Shown here one piece after another: positions 34,967 through 39,200 of a stretch of 39,200 nt of DNA (positions are counted from its first letter, which is position 1; the number at the start of each line of letters is the position of its first letter). Made by a program: the position numbers and the translations under genes. Below the pieces are notes generated by a model that was not told the DNA's origin, made no database searches, and saw only the letters and a list, made by a program, of their open reading frames with translations. The stretch covers positions 1 through 39,200 of the forward strand of contig JAGXOR010000001.1 of the NCBI GenBank assembly GCA_023659785.1, read 5' to 3'. The stretch is from Methanomicrobia archaeon LH_S13. Its GTDB lineage: Archaea > Halobacteriota > Syntropharchaeia > Alkanophagales > Methanospirareceae.

Positions 34967-35329
34967 ATGGAAAAAATCGGTGCGGAAATCGAAGATGCGA
35001 GAATACAAAGTGTATATGATATATGGGGAAAGAAGCCGCCGGGAATTAGATTCTGCGATACTGATGTTTTAACCATAGCTGCAAAGACAGATGAGAGTGA
35101 GGAAGTAAAAGACACTTTCTTTTTCTCTCTAAAAGCAGATGGAACATTTGCTGTAAATACCGCGCACAGAATAAGCCGTTTAAGAAGAAAAAGACTGGCT
35201 GAATTCCTTAGATACTACAATATCGCAGATAAAGTGGAGGAATACAACTTAAGAAAGGGAATAGAGGAATGGAAAGGGAAGAAGATAGAAGTGGTTAAAA
35301 GCAACGGAAGGTATATTTTTGTTCAATAA
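34967..35329 (+). CDS. hypothetical protein (120 aa)
   Basis: AAGGAGGTAGGT RBS. No family recognised. Confidence 0.5.
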   Translation: MEKIGAEIEDARIQSVYDIWGKKPPGIRFCDTDVLTIAAKTDESEEVKDTFFFSLKADGTFAVNTAHRISRLRRKRLAEFLRYYNIADKVEEYNLRKGIEEWKGKKIEVVKSNGRYIFVQ

Positions 35330-35343
35330 AAAGGAGGTAAAAA

Positions 35344-35466
35344 ATGACACCGGAAAAATCGAAAGTAAGATTGGCGGGAATGGAAAGAAAGATGGAAGAA
35401 AGGATAAAAAAGAGCGATTTAAGATGGAAAAGAAGAGAGAGGGCTGGAAAAGCAGCTAAAGCGTAA
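35344..35466 (+). CDS. very small basic ORF (40 aa, MTPEKSKVRLAGMERKMEERIKKSDLRWKRRERAGKAAKA)
   Basis: Translated by hand. AAAGGAGGT RBS 6 nt upstream. Its RWKRR motif echoes the neighbouring small proteins. Confidence 0.4.
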   Translation: MTPEKSKVRLAGMERKMEERIKKSDLRWKRRERAGKAAKA

Positions 35467-35488
35467 GCTTAAAAGAGGAAGAAAATAT

Positions 35489-35519
35489 CCTGTTCTTTTC
35501 TCTCTATTTTTCTTTTTTT
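35489..35519 (+). terminator. oligo-T/pyrimidine-rich tract, candidate archaeal terminator, followed by the TATA-like GATAAATAT
   Basis: CCTGTTCTTTTCTCTCTATTTTTCTTTTTTT directly follows the last small ORF. The TATA-like element lies about 20 nt before ATG 35543, so a near-leaderless transcript is possible. Confidence 0.35.
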
Positions 35520-35542
35520 GATAAATATGATTGTATTCAAAA

Positions 35543-36574
35543 ATGGTAGAAAATAAAGGTAAATACGTCTATGGAATATTAAACAACGGTGAGGGAAGGA
35601 GTTTTGGAGAAATCGGGATTAACAAAGAAGAGGCTTACTGCATCAATTTTAAGGATATTTCCGCCGTGGTTGGCGATTCTGCACTTAAGACATACGAAGT
35701 GACGAGGGAAAAATTGCTTGCTCATGAACAGGTCATCCAAGAGGTGATGAAAGAGCATACTATCATCCCAATGACGTTTGGAACCGTTGCTAAGGACGAG
35801 AAAGATGTCGAGAATATGCTTGAGCGGATGTACGCGGAATTCAAGCAGGTGCTGAAGAGAATAGAGAATAAATTGCAGATAGATGTGAAAGCGATTTGGA
35901 ATAAAGATGTAATTTACACGGGTATTTTGAGAGAAGATGAAGGGATAAGGAGGTTAAGTGAAAAGGCATCAAAAAAACCGGCTGATAAGACTTATGATGA
36001 AAAGGTGGAATTAGGTAAGAAAGTGATGTCAGCCGTGGATAAGAGGAAAGAGAGGTATATAAAAGAGATAACTGAGGCTTTGAGCACTTATATAGAAGAT
36101 TCACAGCAGAATAAACTCAAAGATGACAAAATGATAATGAACACTTCTTTTCTCGTGGCTAAAAGCAAAGAGCAAGAGATTTATAAAAAATTGGACGAGT
36201 TGGATGAGAAATATGGAGAGGACGTGCAGGTTATAGCAGTTGGACCTTTGCCTCCTTATAATTTCTCGCATATAGAAATAAAGCCTATGGATTTCGATAC
36301 GATTGATTCTGCCCGTAGAACATTAGGCTTGGGTAAGGGGGTGACGATGTCAGAAATTGATGATGCATATAACCGCCTGGCATTGCAATTCCATCCTGAC
36401 CGAAATCCTGATGCGTCAGCAAAAGAGAAGTTCAAGGAGATAGAGCAAGCTTATTCTACGCTGCGAGATTATTGCTCACGATATGTGTATTCATTCAAGA
36501 AGAAGGATGTGGAGAAGACTGTGATGGTGTATATAGCTAGCGGAGGTAAAAAACCACGAGATTTCACAAGATAG
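35543..36574 (+). CDS. GvpL/GvpF-family protein fused to a C-terminal J-domain (DnaJ-type, HPD motif)
   Basis: 343 aa. GKYVYGILN...FKDISAVVGDS...HEQVIQEVMKEHTIIPMTFGTV...MNTSFLVAKSK...GPLPPYNF is GvpL_GvpF-like. Positions 36302-36469 encode the J-domain MSEIDDAYNRLALQFHPDRNPDA.AKEKFKEIEQAYSTL (HPD at 36392-36400). The last codons run into 22-nt box copy 3. Confidence 0.8.
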   Translation: MVENKGKYVYGILNNGEGRSFGEIGINKEEAYCINFKDISAVVGDSALKTYEVTREKLLAHEQVIQEVMKEHTIIPMTFGTVAKDEKDVENMLERMYAEFKQVLKRIENKLQIDVKAIWNKDVIYTGILREDEGIRRLSEKASKKPADKTYDEKVELGKKVMSAVDKRKERYIKEITEALSTYIEDSQQNKLKDDKMIMNTSFLVAKSKEQEIYKKLDELDEKYGEDVQVIAVGPLPPYNFSHIEIKPMDFDTIDSARRTLGLGKGVTMSEIDDAYNRLALQFHPDRNPDASAKEKFKEIEQAYSTLRDYCSRYVYSFKKKDVEKTVMVYIASGGKKPRDFTR

Positions 36575-36587
36575 CAATTTCTTGTGA
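36550..36587 (+). promoter_or_regulatory. 22-nt conserved box, copy 3 (AAAACCACGAGATTTCACAAGA), whose 3' half forms an 8-bp hairpin (TCACAAGA/TCTTGTGA)
   Basis: Box at 36550-36571. Hairpin arms at 36564-36571 and 36580-36587. It lies at the gvpF/L-J to hsp70 junction. Confidence 0.5.
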
Positions 36588-36621
36588 GAATCTGTGTAAT
36601 CTGAGGGGTTATAAAGGAAGC

Positions 36622-38412
36622 ATGACAAAAATATCAGCAAGTGGAATCGTAGGAATAGATTTAGGAACAACGAATTCAGCAGCGGCGGTGATGATAGGTG
36701 GTGAGCCGGTAATAATACCAAGTGAGGAGGGACTTACACCTTACGGTAAGATGTTTCCTTCTGTGGTGGCATTCACGGACGAAAATGAAAGATTGGTTGG
36801 TGAGTTAGCAAGGATGCACGCGGTTGAAAATCCTGATAGGACAGTGAGCGGGATAAAGAGGAAAATGGGCACTTCGCACAAGGTAAAAATAGGTCCGAGG
36901 GAATATACACCGCAGGAAATCTCTGCTATGATACTTCAAAAGATAAAGATGGATGCCGAGGAATATTTGGGAACGGAAGTAGAAAAGGCGGTTATCACCG
37001 TGCCCGCGTATTTTAACGATAATCAAAGGATAGCGACGAAAGAAGCGGGAAGAATTGCAGGTTTAGAAGTAGTCAGGCTGATAAACGAACCTACTGCCGC
37101 TTCTTTAGCTTATGGATTGGATAAAGAGAAGAAAGAGGAATTAAAGATTGCAGTGCTTGATTTGGGTGCAGGGACGTTTGACGTTACGATATTAAAGCTC
37201 AGAGAAGAGCTGTTCAAGGTCATCTCCACCAGTGGAGATACTCAATTAGGCGGGCTGGACATGGACGAGAAGCTCGTTGAATTCATGCTTAAGGAGTTGG
37301 AAAAGGAATACCGGCTTGACATAAGAAGAGATAAAAAGGCAATGCAAAAATTACGGTCTGCGACAGAGAGAGCGAAGATAGATTTATCTACTGCAAGTTC
37401 AACGAATATAGGCATATCATTTCCATTTGTTGAGTTGGGGTTAAATCAGAATATGAACCTGGATTTAAGCAGGGAAGAAATGGAAGAGTTAATCAAGCCC
37501 GTAATTCAGAGGTTGGATGAACCGATAAATCAAGCGTTAGAAGATGCGAAATTAGCTCCTGAGCACATAGATAAGGTTGTATTGGTAGGAGGACCAACGA
37601 GGATGCCTGTAGTGCGGGAAAAAATCGAGCGATTCTTTGGTAAGGAAGCGGAGAGAGGGATAGACCCGATGGAATGTGTGGCAAAAGGGGCTGCAATTCA
37701 AGCTGGTGTTCTCGCAGGTGAGATAGATGATGTGCTTCTGCTGGATGTAATTCCTCTTTCCTTAGGTATAGAGACCTCAGGCGGGATTTTTACGCCGATA
37801 ATGGAGAGGAATACGACAATACCGGTAGATGAGAGCGAGATATTTACCACCTCAAAGGATAACCAGATGAGGATGGCAATACACGTGCTACAAGGAGAAA
37901 GAGCAATGGCTGCGGATAACACAACACTCGGCTTGTTTTCCTTTGATGATATTCCAGTAGCACCAAAAAGGACTCCTCTAATTGATGTCGCTTTTGATAT
38001 AGATGCCGATGGCATTTTAAACGTGAGTGCCGAGGATTTAGACACGAGTAAGCGCAGGGAGATAAGGATCGAAGGGTCAACAAAACTTTCAGAAGAAGAA
38101 ATAGGAGGGATGATAAAAAAAGCGAAGAGACATGAAAAGGAGGATAAGAAAAGGAGAGAGAGTATAGAGACGCTAAATCAAGCAAAGGCGATAATAGATG
38201 CAGCAGAGCTTGCAATAAAAGAAATGTACGAAGATGAAGGAGTGAATGAACAAGGAAAGGGAGAGGTGAAAAAGGGTGTTTTACAATTAAAAGAAGGAAT
38301 GAAAGGTGAAGTTGAAGGCGATATTGACATTCAGAAGATTAAAAAAGATGCTGAGGAGTTGAAAAGAATAATGCAGAAGATGTTGATTGATAAAGGAGAA
38401 GGAGAAGAATAA
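36622..38412 (+). CDS. Hsp70/DnaK-family chaperone (596 aa), no adjacent grpE or canonical dnaJ
   Basis: GIDLGTTNSAAAV, VITVPAYFNDNQR, LINEPTAASLAYG and DLGAGTFDV, plus a substrate-binding beta domain and a short helical lid. Confidence 0.9.
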   Translation: MTKISASGIVGIDLGTTNSAAAVMIGGEPVIIPSEEGLTPYGKMFPSVVAFTDENERLVGELARMHAVENPDRTVSGIKRKMGTSHKVKIGPREYTPQEISAMILQKIKMDAEEYLGTEVEKAVITVPAYFNDNQRIATKEAGRIAGLEVVRLINEPTAASLAYGLDKEKKEELKIAVLDLGAGTFDVTILKLREELFKVISTSGDTQLGGLDMDEKLVEFMLKELEKEYRLDIRRDKKAMQKLRSATERAKIDLSTASSTNIGISFPFVELGLNQNMNLDLSREEMEELIKPVIQRLDEPINQALEDAKLAPEHIDKVVLVGGPTRMPVVREKIERFFGKEAERGIDPMECVAKGAAIQAGVLAGEIDDVLLLDVIPLSLGIETSGGIFTPIMERNTTIPVDESEIFTTSKDNQMRMAIHVLQGERAMAADNTTLGLFSFDDIPVAPKRTPLIDVAFDIDADGILNVSAEDLDTSKRREIRIEGSTKLSEEEIGGMIKKAKRHEKEDKKRRESIETLNQAKAIIDAAELAIKEMYEDEGVNEQGKGEVKKGVLQLKEGMKGEVEGDIDIQKIKKDAEELKRIMQKMLIDKGEGEE

Positions 38413-38435
38413 AATCATAGGGGTGAGATAAGAAT

Positions 38436-38952
38436 ATGGAAAAAGGGAAGAGGAAAAAAAAGAAGGGGTTGAATTTGATTTCGGGGGTTTATTTAAAGGT
38501 TTGGGAGACTTTTTTGAAAGTGTTGCAGAAATTGCAAAAGAGTGAAAGACGGAGATAGAGAAGACTGGAGAGATTACTTTTGATAAAGCGAAGAAACTAC
38601 GAGGGATGTATGGCATTAATGTTAAGGTCAGCAGTGCAGGCATACCTGTTGTAGAAACTTTCGGGACAAGAAAAAGAAAATACGAAAAGCGCGAGCCCCC
38701 AGAACTCGAAGCGAACCTTTAGTAGATGCTTTTGAGGAGGATGAAAAAGAAAGTATGAGAGTAATAGCAGAATTGCCGGGAACTGAGGAAAAGGATATAA
38801 AAATTGAGATAGAAGGGAATATTTTAAAATTATCTGCGGATAGTAAAGAAAGAAAGTATAGTAAAGATGTAACACTGCCCTGTGAAGTAACTGGCGATAT
38901 GCAAAAGACGTATAATAATGGGGTATTAGAGCTTATATTGAAGAAAAAATAG
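38436..38952 (+). pseudogene. sHSP (Hsp20/alpha-crystallin) GvpH-like gene, disrupted by two -1 frame changes and one in-frame TGA
   Basis: The ATG at 38436 is in frame 0. The Gly-rich N-terminal region EGVEFDFGGLFKGLGDFFESVAEIAKE is in the -1 frame after the A-run at 38454-38461. There is a TGA at 38543-38545. The alpha-crystallin part, EPLVDAFEED..MRVIAELPGTEEKDIKIEIEGNILKLSA...NNGVLELILKKK, sits in a third frame, of which track ORF 38755..38952 is the tail. Confidence 0.6.
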
Positions 38953-39024
38953 ATAGTTTTAAAATATGTTATATGACCTATTTTTAAACGGATAGAAATA
39001 TGTTAAAAATATGGAGGAGGGAAT

Positions 39025-39200
39025 ATGGAAAAAGAATATGAAAAGAGGAGAAAACGTCTAAAAGAGAGGTATCAAGCACGAAAAGAGAGATATGAGGAGC
39101 GTTACAAATCTGAAGCGCCGATGCCACCATCAGTAGAGGAAAAAGTAGAAGAAGAAATAAAGCCCAAAGTGGAAGCACCAGTACCGGTAGAGGAGGAAGA
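39025..39200 (+). CDS. partial ORF running off the window (MEKEYEKRRKRLKERYQARKERYEERYKSEAPMPP...), charged/low-complexity
   Basis: GGAGGAGGG RBS upstream. The frame is open to the last base, on the same strand as the cluster. Confidence 0.35.
   Translation, partial: MEKEYEKRRKRLKERYQARKERYEERYKSEAPMPPSVEEKVEEEIKPKVEAPVPVEEE

Noticed and set aside
38543-38545. In-frame TGA in the sHSP-like gene as selenocysteine or read-through
   Set aside because: TGA terminates other genes in the window, for example the Lrp gene ending at 19647. The position is not a conserved Cys or redox site, I see no SECIS-like context, and the gene also carries two frame disruptions.
28674-39200. Calling the region a standard gas vesicle (gvp) operon
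   Set aside because: Only F/L, G, a doubtful A-like ORF and a broken H-like member are recognisable. N, K, J, M, O and C are not seen in the window, so it is reported as gas-vesicle-like and non-canonical rather than as a functional gvp operon.

Overview
Archaeal chromosomal segment. Evidence for an archaeon: a TFB gene, an archaeal-type tRNA-Gln with an A1-U72 pair, F420-, methanopterin- and methanofuran-type cofactor genes, and COG1900-type homocysteine synthesis. These point to a methanogen/ANME-like euryarchaeon. Positions 1-28.4 kb carry ordinary housekeeping and central-metabolism genes: homocysteine synthesis, class II aldolase, HAD hydrolase, moaC, moaA, an AIR-synthase-like protein, a SAM methyltransferase, an ADP-ribosylglycohydrolase, two Lrp/AsnC regulators, an aminotransferase, a four-subunit 2-oxoacid:ferredoxin oxidoreductase with a tightly coupled FrhB-like protein, GTP-PEPCK, a DHPS-like pterin enzyme, a Rad50-like ATPase, a DUF123 GIY-YIG protein, nadA and tfb. 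This part is peppered with decayed IS200/IS605-type tnpB relics, toxin-antitoxin stubs, a molybdoenzyme gene fragment and a short repeat lying in a 460-nt insertion that splits the oxidoreductase operon. Positions 28.6-39.2 kb are the interesting part: a co-directional cluster of about 20 genes that runs off the right edge. It combines gas-vesicle-family genes (two GvpF/L paralogs, GvpG, a very divergent GvpA-like ORF, a broken sHSP/GvpH-like gene) with a proteostasis set (a tandem Get3/ArsA-type ATPase, a J-domain fused to one GvpF/L, and a dedicated Hsp70). It also carries eight small, highly charged ORFs including a tandem paralog pair, a MEDS-PadR-type regulator, and a 22-nt box conserved at nucleotide level at three gene junctions. 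No GvpN, K, J, M, O or C is recognisable inside the window. All family assignments come from motif recognition by eye and need profile searches.
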